Source: a virus (Duplodnaviria; Caudoviricetes). From it: 64,000 nucleotides of DNA. Below the pieces are notes generated by a model, which was not told where the DNA came from, did not search any database, and saw only the letters and a list, made by a program, of their open reading frames with translations. The stretch is taken from positions 1,679 through 65,678 of IMG/VR virus record IMGVR_UViG_3300050343_000089, one strand, 5' to 3'. Below are positions 53,692 through 63,798 of the stretch, one piece after another; within the stretch, counting starts at the first letter, position 1, and the number at the start of each line of letters is the position of its first letter. The position numbers were made by a program, and so were the translations under genes.

Positions 53692-54103
53692 TTCAAGACT
53701 AGGTGCTTTGGGTGAATCCTTAGTACAAACATTCCTTTTGGAATATGCAGACTTCTGCTTTCCAACCCAAGAAAAACATCCAGCAGATTTAATCGTAGAG
53801 TTTGGCAACGCTATATATACAGTTCAAGTTAAAAGTAGAAGAGCTACTAAAGAAAAGAAGTTTGTCTTTGCTGCTGAGAACTCAAGATCAATGTCTGATA
53901 CTTACAAGAACTATACTTGCGATATTCTAGCCTTTGTATTCTTCTTTGATGGTCAAAAGAGAATCATGTTTAAATCTAATACATCCTCACAAAACTACTT
54001 TACCTTTGATAAAAAGATTATCACTGACACTATGGAATTAGATTCACTTCAAGAATCTCTTGATACCCTAAGCTCAGTTCCTGTTCTTAACCCTATAATA
54101 TAA
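53657..54103 (+). CDS. PD-(D/E)XK endonuclease
   Basis: Identical protein to 19776-20222. Confidence 0.7.
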   Translation: MPRKTSDQHQANSRLGALGESLVQTFLLEYADFCFPTQEKHPADLIVEFGNAIYTVQVKSRRATKEKKFVFAAENSRSMSDTYKNYTCDILAFVFFFDGQKRIMFKSNTSSQNYFTFDKKIITDTMELDSLQESLDTLSSVPVLNPII

Positions 54104-54427
54104 TCCTTGCTTATTATATAAATATGATTTAATATATTTATATTAATTAGAGAGGAGTTAATATGACACATGAACTTATGATGAGACTAGCACTACTAGG
54201 AATGATAGTGTGCTTATGGTTAATTTACTTATTACAAAAAGGGGGTATGTAATGGATATACATTTACACGAAGTTGGCAAGGTCAGACCATTGATCTTAA
54301 CTAAAAGGCAAATAAGGGGTTACTACAAAGACTACCTTACTGGCGAGAACAAAGTGCAAACAGCAAATGAAGAATATGTTGTTAGAGACTCTTTGACAGA
54401 AATTGCATATTTAATGGGTGAGCAAAG

Positions 54428-55261
54428 ATGAAAATAGAATCACTAAAGAACTTTGTATCAGAGCAAAAAGGTCAAGCACTTATCTATAAAGACATACCTA
54501 ATGAGGATTATCATGCAGGTGTAGGTATAAGCAGTAGTTATATTAGAAGATTTGGTCAGTCACAATTACATGCTGTAGAGCATAAACAAGAAAGCACACC
54601 AGCACTAAAGTTTGGAACAGCAGCACACTCTTTGATTGTAGAAGGCAGAGAGGCTTTTGATAAAGAAGTAAAGGTTGTTAGTGGCTCTCCATATACAAAA
54701 GCCTACAAAGAAGAGAAGGCTGATTATGAAGATCAAGGCTATATAGTATTAAAAGAAGCAGAATTAGAACTACTAGAAAGCATGAAGGCAAATATGATTT
54801 ACGAAGGTAATGCCTACTTAAATGCTAAAGGCAAAGTTGCAGAAGCAAGTATCTACTGGTATGAAGATGACATTCTTTGTAAGTGTAGACCTGATTTATT
54901 GTGCCCACCTTTAAGTGAACCTAATTCAGACAGCAAGATAATTATAGTAGATTACAAGACTACTATATCTTGCGAACCTTATGCCTTTAATAAATCAGTC
55001 AGCAAGTATGGGTATGACATGCAGGCCGCATGGTATAGAAGAGGTTTAGAGTCAGCAGGATATAGCGTAGATGGTTTTGTATTTATAGCTCAGGAGAAAG
55101 TTCATCCTTATGCTTCTAAGGTGTTTAGAATAACTAAAGAGCAAATGGATTATGCCTGGAAAATAATGGATAGATATTTAGAAGAGTACAAAGAGTATCA
55201 ACAAGGTAAGCCTCTAAGTATCTATAACAGTCCTAATATTGTTGATTTGGTTTTTGAGTAA
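54428..55261 (+). CDS. RecE-like exonuclease
   Basis: Homologue of 20547-21380. Confidence 0.85.
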   Translation: MKIESLKNFVSEQKGQALIYKDIPNEDYHAGVGISSSYIRRFGQSQLHAVEHKQESTPALKFGTAAHSLIVEGREAFDKEVKVVSGSPYTKAYKEEKADYEDQGYIVLKEAELELLESMKANMIYEGNAYLNAKGKVAEASIYWYEDDILCKCRPDLLCPPLSEPNSDSKIIIVDYKTTISCEPYAFNKSVSKYGYDMQAAWYRRGLESAGYSVDGFVFIAQEKVHPYASKVFRITKEQMDYAWKIMDRYLEEYKEYQQGKPLSIYNSPNIVDLVFE

Positions 55262-55405
55262 GGGCAAATAGATAATGAGAGTATTTAGATTTATGGAGAG
55301 TTTATCAATTGCCCTTAACAAGATTATAGGACATGAAACGGATATAAACACAAAAGAAGTGGTAAAAATCTTAAATTAATATTAATATAAAAAAGGAGAG
55401 TTTGA

Positions 55406-55564
55406 ATGGATGAGAAGACAAAAAAAGCACTATGGATATCTGAGGACTTGCATAAAGAGATCAAGATATTCGCAATACAAAACAACATGACTATTGAGTC
55501 TGCTTCGCAGATGGTTTTAAAACTAGGAATGTGCTCATATAAGGATAGCAATGGGTCAAAATAG
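55406..55564 (+). CDS. RHH-like small DNA-binding protein
   Basis: Homologue of 21525-21683. Confidence 0.6.
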   Translation: MDEKTKKALWISEDLHKEIKIFAIQNNMTIESASQMVLKLGMCSYKDSNGSK

Positions 55565-55814
55565 CAAAGCAGTAGCTAAGAGAAGAGAAGAGTTAAAGAC
55601 TGAAAAGTTAGATAAGCAGATTGCTTATTACTATTTCCAAAAGGGAGCTGGTAGTCATTACAGAGAAATACAATACCAAAGTGGAAGGGTTGTAAGGACT
55701 GATTTCAATGCTTGACTGGATAATATATATAGTTGGTGGCTTTGTTGGGTTATTAGCAATAGCAACAATAATAAGCGTAGTAGCTGCAATTTATATACTT
55801 AACAAGCTAGATTA

Positions 55815-56237
55815 ATGGTAAACAGTAGAAACAAAGGAGCAGCATTTGAGAGAGTTATATGTAACAAACTTAACACTGTCCTTGAATCTAAAGGTATTGA
55901 TACTAGGGTCAAAAGAAACCTTGACCAGTATCAAACAAAAGGCATGGCTGATATATATTTTGATAAGTTCGCAATCGAATGTAAAAGATATAAAGCTAGT
56001 GCTAAGAAATCAATGTATAAGAATGAATGGTGGAAACAAGCAGTTGAGAGTGCTGGTGATAACCTAATTCCTATACTAATTTATAAATATGATAGGAAGC
56101 AGATAATGTGCGTGATTCCCCTGTTCTTGGTTACATCAGTTGATACGCCAAACTGGGAATGTACTTACCTCTGCCCACTGTCAGAAATATGTGAAAATTT
56201 AGATGAAATCTTACAAAAAGCAAATGGACTTAAATAG
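55815..56237 (+). CDS. Holliday junction resolvase
   Basis: Identical protein to 21934-22356. Confidence 0.8.
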   Translation: MVNSRNKGAAFERVICNKLNTVLESKGIDTRVKRNLDQYQTKGMADIYFDKFAIECKRYKASAKKSMYKNEWWKQAVESAGDNLIPILIYKYDRKQIMCVIPLFLVTSVDTPNWECTYLCPLSEICENLDEILQKANGLK

Positions 56238-56428
56238 CTATTTGCTTCAGGAAGACTTTGAAGAGTTTTGTAGGAAAGCCTATGAAAGAATCCAAGTTGC
56301 ATGTGATGTCTTTGGTATCACAAATGATGAGGATTATTATAGTTTCAAGGAAAGGAATTACACTAGACTTGAAGCTGATTACTTAAATAGTATTGAAAGA
56401 ACAATACACTAAACCATAGGAGAGTATT

Positions 56429-57043
56429 ATGGATATATTAGGAGGAATGAGCAATTCCACTGAAGGACAGCAAGTTTATCTTGCTTTTAAAACTGCCGAT
56501 CAACAATTTTTTGTTAATGGCAAAACACCAATTGATTTTAAATACTTGCAGTTAGACCCTGCAACATTTAGAAGTGGTTGGGGTAGATATAATGGAGAGT
56601 ACCAATATGTATGGGATGAGAAGTTTGGTAATGCAAACGACAAACCAGGAGATGATTGGAAGAGGGCGTTTAGCTGTTGCGTTATGCCACATGGACATGA
56701 CCATGCATTAATATGGAGTAGATACACTTTTGCTGAATCTAGTGCTTTTAATAAGATACTAAGTAGCTTTTGGAATCAAATGGATGCAAATAGTGATTCA
56801 CTACCTGTTGTTGAGTATAAAGGCTCAAAAGAAATACAGGTTGGAGTAGGTAGATCGTCAGAGCTAACTTTTGAGTTTTCTAAGTTTGCACCTAGATTTG
56901 CTAACTTTGAAATACCTGCTCACTATGGCAAAGAAGATGAGGAAGTAGAAGATACTTTCAAGAGTCCTAATGATGGTCTTGCAGAAAAAGTGCAAGAGAT
57001 GGTCGATAAGAATGAATTATCAGATGACGATATTCCTTTTTAA
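56429..57043 (+). CDS. SSB-like protein
   Basis: Homologue of 22547-23161. Confidence 0.65.
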   Translation: MDILGGMSNSTEGQQVYLAFKTADQQFFVNGKTPIDFKYLQLDPATFRSGWGRYNGEYQYVWDEKFGNANDKPGDDWKRAFSCCVMPHGHDHALIWSRYTFAESSAFNKILSSFWNQMDANSDSLPVVEYKGSKEIQVGVGRSSELTFEFSKFAPRFANFEIPAHYGKEDEEVEDTFKSPNDGLAEKVQEMVDKNELSDDDIPF

Positions 57044-59020
57044 ATGGAACATATTGATTGGCAAAGAATAGCTCCTGATGTTGCAAAGCAACTACTAGGA
57101 GAACCTACTAGCACCTCATCTAAGGAATTTAGATGGGGTCGCAAGGGGAGTATGTGTCTTAACCTTACAGATGGTACATTTTACGATCACGAAGCAGGAG
57201 TCGGTGGGGGAGTAATAGATTTAATAAAACATCTAAATCAAGATGTGAATACAGTTTTAAAACAGTTTGGTCATGACTTAGCATTACATTCAAATGACTC
57301 CTTAATCAGTGGCTTCAGTGATTCCCCTGTCACTAAGCCTAAAGGTAATGCTAGGTCATTCTCTAGGGAGCAAATGGTTGACTTGTATAGACAAGCAATT
57401 GTTAAGTTAAAGTATGCTGATAATTTTATGGTTCTCAGGTTTCCTGAAGGTCATGCAATTAAACAGAAGTATGCTCCCTTTACCCTAGGTATTGATGGTA
57501 CATGGTCTTTAAAACGCCCTGACAGTCCGCTTATGCCTATTTATCATACAAATGATTGTCCTGATAAGCCTATTGTCATTAATGAAGGAGAGAAAGCCTG
57601 TAAGGGTTGTGAGAGCATTGTTAAAGGCAAATTAGATTCATGTACTTGGCATGGTGGTGTTAATAGCTGGAAGAAGGCTGACTGGACACCTATATTGCAT
57701 AGAGAGGTGTGGATATTTCCTGACAATGATAAGGCTGGTAAAGATTGTGCTGACGAGATAGCAGAGCATTTAAGAAAGGAAGGATGCAGAAGAGTTAAGA
57801 TAATACAACCACCAAAAGATTTTAAAGAGAAGGATGATTTATTTGATGCACACGAATCAGGTTATTTCGCATCATCTGATGATTTTATTAGCTTTGTTAA
57901 TAATCAAAAGGAGAAGCTACCTAAAGGTGCTTTAAGGTTTGAGAGAGCTGACTTTGTATTATCCCAGGTATCTAATCCTGACTGGCTTATAACTGATGTC
58001 TTTGAACGCAATAGACTAATAACAGTCTTTGGAGAACCAAAATCAGGCAAATCGTTTATATCTATTGCTATGGCATGTGCTGTAGCGAGAGGTGATGAGT
58101 TCTATGGACATGCTGCTAAAAAAGCACCTGTAGTCTATCTTGCAGGGGAGGGAGTTGCAGGAATTCGTAGGAGGTTGGCCGCATATAACCAAAGTGAGTA
58201 TGGTGGTAGTTTAGTCGGAGCACCATTGTTTCTATCTAATAGAGGCTCAAGAATTAATGAACCTGAAGAATACCAAAAGCTAGAAGATGAGATTAATTTA
58301 CTTAAACAAGACTTGGGGCAAATCGGTTTAATTATCTTTGATACCTTTCAGCGTAACTTCTCAGGAGATGAAAATTCTGCTCAAGAGGTTAATAAATTTG
58401 TTAAAGCCGCAGATCAGTTGATACATGACTTTGATTGTACTGTATTGCTTGTACATCATACTGGAAGAGGTAATAAAGGAAGAGCTAGAGGTAGTTCTGT
58501 TCTTGATGCTTCTATTGATGGAGAGTTCTTAGTAGAGAGAAAAGGCACTAAGCCTGATGATGATAACTCCATGCTAGTTACTATGAAGCAGACTAAAAAC
58601 AAAGATGGTATGGGCATGGCAGAGAAGAAGTTTGAATTCCATGAAGAGACTTTGATTGGCGAAGGTCTTGATGTTACTTCAGGATTGCTTATTGAGACAG
58701 ATGTTGATATTAAAACTAATAAAGAAATAGAACATGATGTTGATATTAAGGTAGCAGACAAAATGTATTCACTAGCTATGGCAATTGCAAAAAGTGATAA
58801 CTGTAAACCTGAAGATGTGTATTTTACATATAAAACTTTTAATAATGATTTAAAGGGTGTACATCATCTAAAAAATGCAAAAGATGTGCCATATAAGAAA
58901 TACACAGTAGATAATTCGCTAAGAAGAATGGAAAAGCTAAAAATAGTAGAAAAAAATCCAAAAGGAAATGGCTATAGGCTGGTAGATGCTGATTTTACAA
59001 GGTTTAACAAAGGTGTGTAA
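57044..59020 (+). CDS. Primase-helicase
   Basis: Homologue of 23162-25138. Confidence 0.9.
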   Translation: MEHIDWQRIAPDVAKQLLGEPTSTSSKEFRWGRKGSMCLNLTDGTFYDHEAGVGGGVIDLIKHLNQDVNTVLKQFGHDLALHSNDSLISGFSDSPVTKPKGNARSFSREQMVDLYRQAIVKLKYADNFMVLRFPEGHAIKQKYAPFTLGIDGTWSLKRPDSPLMPIYHTNDCPDKPIVINEGEKACKGCESIVKGKLDSCTWHGGVNSWKKADWTPILHREVWIFPDNDKAGKDCADEIAEHLRKEGCRRVKIIQPPKDFKEKDDLFDAHESGYFASSDDFISFVNNQKEKLPKGALRFERADFVLSQVSNPDWLITDVFERNRLITVFGEPKSGKSFISIAMACAVARGDEFYGHAAKKAPVVYLAGEGVAGIRRRLAAYNQSEYGGSLVGAPLFLSNRGSRINEPEEYQKLEDEINLLKQDLGQIGLIIFDTFQRNFSGDENSAQEVNKFVKAADQLIHDFDCTVLLVHHTGRGNKGRARGSSVLDASIDGEFLVERKGTKPDDDNSMLVTMKQTKNKDGMGMAEKKFEFHEETLIGEGLDVTSGLLIETDVDIKTNKEIEHDVDIKVADKMYSLAMAIAKSDNCKPEDVYFTYKTFNNDLKGVHHLKNAKDVPYKKYTVDNSLRRMEKLKIVEKNPKGNGYRLVDADFTRFNKGV

Positions 59021-59137
59021 ATAAAGTGTGTAAAGTGTGTAACTGTGTAAGATACATTATATTAGTGTGTAGAGTGTGTAGTAGTCCATAGGACTACACA
59101 CTTACACATTATTATGTATAGCACAAAGGAATAGTAT

Positions 59138-59632
59138 ATGAGTAATTATTATGATGAGGCTTTAAAAGATAAACTTAAACAATTAAGAATCTGTGAAGCA
59201 GAGGCTAATGTTAAATGGGGTAACTGGAAGCGTATCTATAAAATGGTAGGCGTAGACTTTGAGATTAAGTTTTTAAAAGCAGAGCAGATATTAAAAACAT
59301 CTTTGCAGAAAGATACGATCAAAAAGCAAATCAGTATGGTTGATATGATGATTAGAGCCTATGAACAACTAAACATCAAATGTGAACAAAGTGGTTACAT
59401 TATGATTCAACCAAGTGCTAAGTGTTTTACCTTCGATCAGAAAACTGCATTGATATGTGATACTGATGATGAAAAGCCAGTATTAGAACTTATACACAAA
59501 GATGAGAAGGATATTATGATATTTAGCATTGAAGAATTGCTTAGGTGTATACCCCAGGATTTTATGAGAGCAAAAGAGATACTAAGCAAATTAGATAAGT
59601 CTGTAAATTTTCAGAGAATAGATTATGTCTAG
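59138..59632 (+). CDS. Hypothetical protein
   Basis: Identical protein to 25256-25750. Confidence 0.75.
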   Translation: MSNYYDEALKDKLKQLRICEAEANVKWGNWKRIYKMVGVDFEIKFLKAEQILKTSLQKDTIKKQISMVDMMIRAYEQLNIKCEQSGYIMIQPSAKCFTFDQKTALICDTDDEKPVLELIHKDEKDIMIFSIEELLRCIPQDFMRAKEILSKLDKSVNFQRIDYV

Positions 59633-59882
59633 TTGGCATGGTGGAAAAGGCTCTTCGCGTAGAAAAGAGGATAAAAAGAAAATAGATGCAAATTGGGATT
59701 TAATATTTAACAAAAAGGAGAAAACTATGAATTGTTGGTATTGTGGAACTGGACTTGTATGGGGTGGAGATCACGACATAGGAGATGAGAATGAAGAGTA
59801 TGATATGGTCACGAACCTATCTTGCCCTGATTGTAAGGCTTATGTTGAGGTTTATATGCCAAAGGGAGAGGCAAATGAGTAA
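59625..59882 (+). CDS. Small zinc-ribbon protein
   Basis: Homologue of 25743-26000. Confidence 0.6.
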   Translation: MSSWHGGKGSSRRKEDKKKIDANWDLIFNKKEKTMNCWYCGTGLVWGGDHDIGDENEEYDMVTNLSCPDCKAYVEVYMPKGEANE

Positions 59883-60108
59883 AGAGAAAATAGATTATGT
59901 AAATGCACCTCCCCATTATCGCAAAGGGTCTATAGAATGTATTGACGCAATAAAATCAGCATTAACCCAAGATGAATATAAGGGATATTTAAAGGGTGCT
60001 GCCTTAAAATATATTTGGAGAGAATCTTATAAAGACTCTAACATTCAAGACTTAGAGAAAAGTATTTGGTATATTAATAAATTAAAAGAACATTATGAGA
60101 ACCTATAA
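59875..60108 (+). CDS. DUF3310 family protein, different N-terminal allele
   Basis: VNAPPHY...ECIDAI...KYIWR; last third identical to copy A. Confidence 0.85.
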   Translation: MSKEKIDYVNAPPHYRKGSIECIDAIKSALTQDEYKGYLKGAALKYIWRESYKDSNIQDLEKSIWYINKLKEHYENL

Positions 60109-60336
60109 TGAGCAATAAACCGCAAATTGATGTTTCGCAATTAAAAAGGCAAATCGATAAAGGCAAATCACTAAACGAGGTAGTTATGTCTCTTGGTAAA
60201 AGCAAATCGACTATTTTAAAAGTTGCTAACGAGAATGGTTTAAAGTTTGATAAAAAGTCTCCTTGGGCAAATTTGTAATTAAGGCAAATTTAGTACAGGC
60301 AAATTTAGGTTTAAGGCAAATTTATTACAGGCAAAT

Positions 60337-61023
60337 ATGGAAATAGTATTAAAGACAAATATAAAAGAATTGCAAAAGAAAATGCAAATAGTTCAAAAGA
60401 AAGTATTTATGAAAAGTTTATCTGAAGGCATAAACAAAACTGCTGAAATGGTAGCAAAGGCAAATAACGATAAATTAAAACAAAAACTAAACAAACCCAT
60501 GAAAACAAGTGTTACTGCTGTTGCTGTCACCCATTATGCCAAACCAAATAAATACCAACTATCAGCACAAATAATGGTCAAGGATTATGCCTCGAAATTC
60601 CTGTATTACATTTATACAGGAGAAGATGAACATGCTCGAAGAGAGAAGTATCCCTCTCCAACTAGGGACGGAAAACATTTAGCTGGGGTTACTGGTAATA
60701 TTCAAAAACTAAAAAGTAGTGAAAAGGCTACTGGCACAGGAACAGGTTTATTAGCTAGGATAGATAAAACAGAAAGCAATGATAGGGCAAAATCACGTTT
60801 TATGGGCAAACCTAAAGGCAAAGGCTCAGGGGTTTATGGTATATGGCAAAGAACAGGTAGAAAGGGTAGAGGTGGACTTAAATTGCTTGTAGCCTTTACT
60901 CCATTTATTAAACATAAAAAATTGATCGACTTTTTCAAACTATCTACCAAAGTTGTAAAGAATAATTTGTATAAAGAAGTAAACAAACAAGCCATCAAAA
61001 GAATTAACAAGGCAATGAGATAA
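60337..61023 (+). CDS. Basic tail-completion-like protein, divergent allele
   Basis: Shares LYYIYTG, PKGKGS.VYG.W, LLVA.TPFI.H with 26723-27379. Confidence 0.5.
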   Translation: MEIVLKTNIKELQKKMQIVQKKVFMKSLSEGINKTAEMVAKANNDKLKQKLNKPMKTSVTAVAVTHYAKPNKYQLSAQIMVKDYASKFLYYIYTGEDEHARREKYPSPTRDGKHLAGVTGNIQKLKSSEKATGTGTGLLARIDKTESNDRAKSRFMGKPKGKGSGVYGIWQRTGRKGRGGLKLLVAFTPFIKHKKLIDFFKLSTKVVKNNLYKEVNKQAIKRINKAMR

Positions 61024-61083
61024 AGGCAAATTTACCATTAGAGGCAAATTTACCTTTACTGCAAATTTATAATACTTTTTCCA

Positions 61084-61257
61084 TTAGTCTTGCTCCTTAT
61101 AGTTTTTATAATAAATTTTAATTTCGTTAGGTCTTGAATCAGAACATTCATCCTCTTCTGAATTACAAACCTCACATTTTAGGGTTATAGATTTTTTATG
61201 AATGTAATTATTATCACAATCACAATCCCAATATCTAGGGTCGGTTTTAACTATCAT
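61084..61257 (-). CDS. Early Cys-rich mini-gene MIVKTDPRYWDCDC..., ends KEQD (copy B only)
   Basis: Bounded by junction motifs. Confidence 0.7.
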   Translation of the reverse strand: MIVKTDPRYWDCDCDNNYIHKKSITLKCEVCNSEEDECSDSRPNEIKIYYKNYKEQD

Positions 61258-61402
61258 TGTCTTGCTCCTTGTTAGTCCACCACAAGGAAACAGTATAGTT
61301 TTCTTGTTTACAGTTGTTGCAATAGCAGTCCATTTCATTACTCTTGTCCTTGATAATCTCTATATCATCAGACGTACATTCATCACATACATAATTATCC
61401 AT
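61247..61402 (-). CDS. Early zinc-finger mini-gene MDNYVCDEC...CNNC...KEQDNDS (copy B only)
   Basis: GAGGAGG RBS; missing from the ORF track. Confidence 0.65.
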   Translation of the reverse strand: MDNYVCDECTSDDIEIIKDKSNEMDCYCNNCKQENYTVSLWWTNKEQDNDS

Positions 61403-61556
61403 TAGATACCTCCTCAGTTTCTTCTAAATGATGTATTAAGGCATATAGTCCTGCCTTGATACCTGTATGTTCTGATTGAGTATGACTATCGTTTACCCAT
61501 TCATCATCTGCAATAATATCTTCTGCAATATTTTTAATTCGATCTATTGTTATCAT
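61395..61556 (-). CDS. Early acidic mini-gene MITIDRIKNIAED... (copy B only)
   Basis: Starts at the junction motif. Confidence 0.65.
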   Translation of the reverse strand: MITIDRIKNIAEDIIADDEWVNDSHTQSEHTGIKAGLYALIHHLEETEEVSNG

Positions 61557-61744
61557 TAGTCTTGCTCCTTCTTGTATGCACACACAACAAAGTTATAACC
61601 CTCTGCCTCTGTATCTAAATCTAACAAATCAGTAAGCGTATCCAATACATTTACTTTATGTGATTCAGCATAATCAACACCAAACCACACACCGTCAGGA
61701 ACTATAGTCCACCCATTCTTTTTAAGTTCTTGTTTAGTTATCAT
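61556..61744 (-). CDS. Early mini-gene MITKQELKKNGW...KEQD
   Basis: Same protein as 27871-28059. Confidence 0.75.
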   Translation of the reverse strand: MITKQELKKNGWTIVPDGVWFGVDYAESHKVNVLDTLTDLLDLDTEAEGYNFVVCAYKKEQD

Positions 61745-61780
61745 GTTATTTAACTCCTTAATTTTATTTAACATACACCT

Positions 61781-61809
61781 ATGATATATAAATATATATT
61801 TATATGCAA
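61781..61809 (-). promoter_or_regulatory. Leftward promoter with the 20-bp palindrome
   Basis: Identical to 28096-28124; palindrome at 61786-61805. Confidence 0.7.
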
Positions 61810-61829
61810 TAGTTAAATGCAAAATATTT

Positions 61830-62204
61830 AAGGCAAATAGTATTAAGGCAAATTTCAAGTATCAAGGCAAATTTAGTATCAAGGCAAATTTAAGATCAAG
61901 GCAAATTTAGTATCAAGGCAAATTTAGTATCAAGGCAAATTTAGTATCAAGGCAAATTTAGTATCAAGGCAAATTTATTTTTTATAAAAAAAGGCAAATT
62001 TATTTTTCATAAAAAAAGGCAAATTTATTTTTTATTTAGGCAAATTTATTTTTCATAAAAAAAGGCAAATTTCATTTTTTATAAAAAAAGGCAAATTTAT
62101 TTTTCATAAAAAAAGGCAAATTTATTTTTCATAAAAAAAGGCAAATTTATTTTTTATAAAAAAAGGCAAATTTATTTTTCATAAAAAAAGGCAAATTTAT
62201 TTTT
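61830..62204 (+). repeat. Expanded AGGCAAAT tandem array (18 cores; 17-bp then about 25-bp units)
   Basis: AAGGCAAATTTAGTATC repeated, then AAAAAAAGGCAAATTTATTTTTCAT repeated. Confidence 0.95.
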
Positions 62205-62390
62205 GACAAAAAACATCAAAATTTTTTTTGTCCAAAAAAAACAAAGACCAACAACAAAAAGCCATAAGACATTCTAAGCCTCTACATTACAATATAAATA
62301 TATATAGGTAGTAATGCATTACTTTAATATAAAAACACCTCATAAAGGCTTAGAGGCTCTCTTATATAAAGATTTATTTATTAAGGGCAT

Positions 62391-62420
62391 AAAAAAAGGC
62401 GGTAATAATACCGCCCTTTA
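62391..62420 (-). terminator. Intrinsic terminator
   Basis: Same as 28518-28547. Confidence 0.8.
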
Positions 62421-62437
62421 TTGGTTAGGTTTAGTTG

Positions 62438-62671
62438 TTAATCTTCTTCTTTACGCTCCGAATATGTCCAATAATAGGCTTCAGAATGTCCATCATGCTT
62501 ATAATCTTCTTCAGCTTCATTGAATCCCTCTTTTCCTAAAACCTGTTTTACACATTTAATTGAACAAACAGATTCAGCACCACCAACAATAAACACGCCT
62601 GTTTGTTGGTTCAGCTTGTCAATTGTTTTATTACAAGACTCACAAGCTACATTCCATGTTTCAAAACTCAT
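62438..62671 (-). CDS. Early zinc-binding mini-gene MSFETWNVACESC...CSIKC
   Basis: Intact ORF; AGGGGTAAATAATG junction. Confidence 0.7.
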   Translation of the reverse strand: MSFETWNVACESCNKTIDKLNQQTGVFIVGGAESVCSIKCVKQVLGKEGFNEAEEDYKHDGHSEAYYWTYSERKEED

Positions 62672-62811
62672 TATTTACCCCTTATTAATTTTAATTTATG
62701 CCCTTGATTAGTTAGGCGGTTAAATTTGTCTTGCATGGTTGCAAGGCATGAACCCCTAAAGGCTATAAAGCCTTTAAGTGTTCCATTGTTTATTATTAGT
62801 TTATATTTCAT
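62671..62811 (-). CDS. Early mini-gene MKYKLIINNG...IRGK
   Basis: Homologue of 29210-29350. Confidence 0.65.
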   Translation of the reverse strand: MKYKLIINNGTLKGFIAFRGSCLATMQDKFNRLTNQGHKLKLIRGK

Positions 62812-63344
62812 TACTTCACCCCCTCTATATATTCTTTTGCCTTGTCTGTATTTACATAATCGCAAATATCTAAACGCCTTTTTTGAGTTGCTGTATCTAA
62901 GCTCTCCCAATCACTAGGAAAAGAAATGCCGTTAATAGTCTCATAAAATCTTTTTCTCTGATTGTTGCTCTTTCTAATAGATTCTTCTGTATCACTCTCA
63001 GACATTAAAGCAAAGATTCTTGATATGTTGCTAACAGTTTTCAAAGGATCAGAACTTTTCAAGGGATCATCACAAGAAATTAAATCATCATCTTTTAATA
63101 ACTTTCTTGCTTGTTCTTCAAAATCATCAACTCTTATTTCTTTATTTGGATTAATCCAATATAAATGTCTACCTGTTGTAACGCTCCAATCATTGACGCT
63201 AATTAAATCATCAATAGCTACTAACGTCTGATAAGAAAAAAACAACTCACGACCATTAACTATATGGCTATATAGGTTTTTAGTTGTTCTTAAATATCTA
63301 GGCTTAGAGCCTTGTAAATCTATTTCACTTTTTAAAATACTCAT
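62811..63344 (-). CDS. Early hypothetical protein, apparently two domains (FSYQTLVA...SVTTGRH; FPSDWESL...KRRLD), copy B only
   Basis: AAGGAG RBS; 177-aa ORF. Confidence 0.7.
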   Translation of the reverse strand: MSILKSEIDLQGSKPRYLRTTKNLYSHIVNGRELFFSYQTLVAIDDLISVNDWSVTTGRHLYWINPNKEIRVDDFEEQARKLLKDDDLISCDDPLKSSDPLKTVSNISRIFALMSESDTEESIRKSNNQRKRFYETINGISFPSDWESLDTATQKRRLDICDYVNTDKAKEYIEGVK

Positions 63345-63371
63345 GTTTATATTCTCCTTATTAAATAATTA

Positions 63372-63698
63372 TTAAAATGTTGTATCGCCTATAACTGACT
63401 CTGTATGCCATTCTCCCAAATTCCAAAACATACCTGTAGTTGTTTCTATCCTTTCTTTTAAAGCATTACATCTGATTAAGTCAAAGGCTGTATAAATTAA
63501 TCTAGGCTCAATCTTTAACAGTAAAGAAAAATTAGAGTTATCGCAGTTACAGATTGCGGTTGTTACTCTGTCCCAATCTCCCTCTCTTAATGCTTCAGAT
63601 ATTTTCAATGCTCTTGTACTTGCTAGGCCTCTGTCTATTAAAGATAAGGCCATGTAGTCTGTGTATATATCTGTCTGTGGTCTGTATTCTATTTTCAT
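63372..63698 (-). CDS. Early hypothetical protein, first gene of the distal operon in copy B
   Basis: AAGGAG RBS; 108-aa ORF. Confidence 0.65.
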   Translation of the reverse strand: MKIEYRPQTDIYTDYMALSLIDRGLASTRALKISEALREGDWDRVTTAICNCDNSNFSLLLKIEPRLIYTAFDLIRCNALKERIETTTGMFWNLGEWHTESVIGDTTF

Positions 63699-63720
63699 AT
63701 TTATATTCTCCTTTTTTATA

Positions 63721-63740
63721 TACTGTATATTTATACAGTA
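63721..63740. promoter_or_regulatory. LexA/SOS box (Gamma/Betaproteobacteria type)
   Basis: TACTGTATATTTATACAGTA is CTGT-N8-ACAG, one mismatch from the E. coli consensus TACTGTATATATATACAGTA. Confidence 0.65.
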
Positions 63741-63769
63741 TGTTTAGTTCTTAATTGAACTTAATGCTA

Positions 63770-63798
63770 ATGATATATAAATATATATTTATATACAA
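63770..63798 (-). promoter_or_regulatory. Leftward promoter TTGTAT-N17-TATCAT with the 20-bp palindrome
   Basis: Palindrome at 63775-63794. Confidence 0.7.

Noticed and set aside
61830-62204. Repeat array as a CRISPR or mini-CRISPR array
   Set aside because: Core is only 8-11 bp, the spacers are themselves repeated low-complexity sequence, and there are no cas genes
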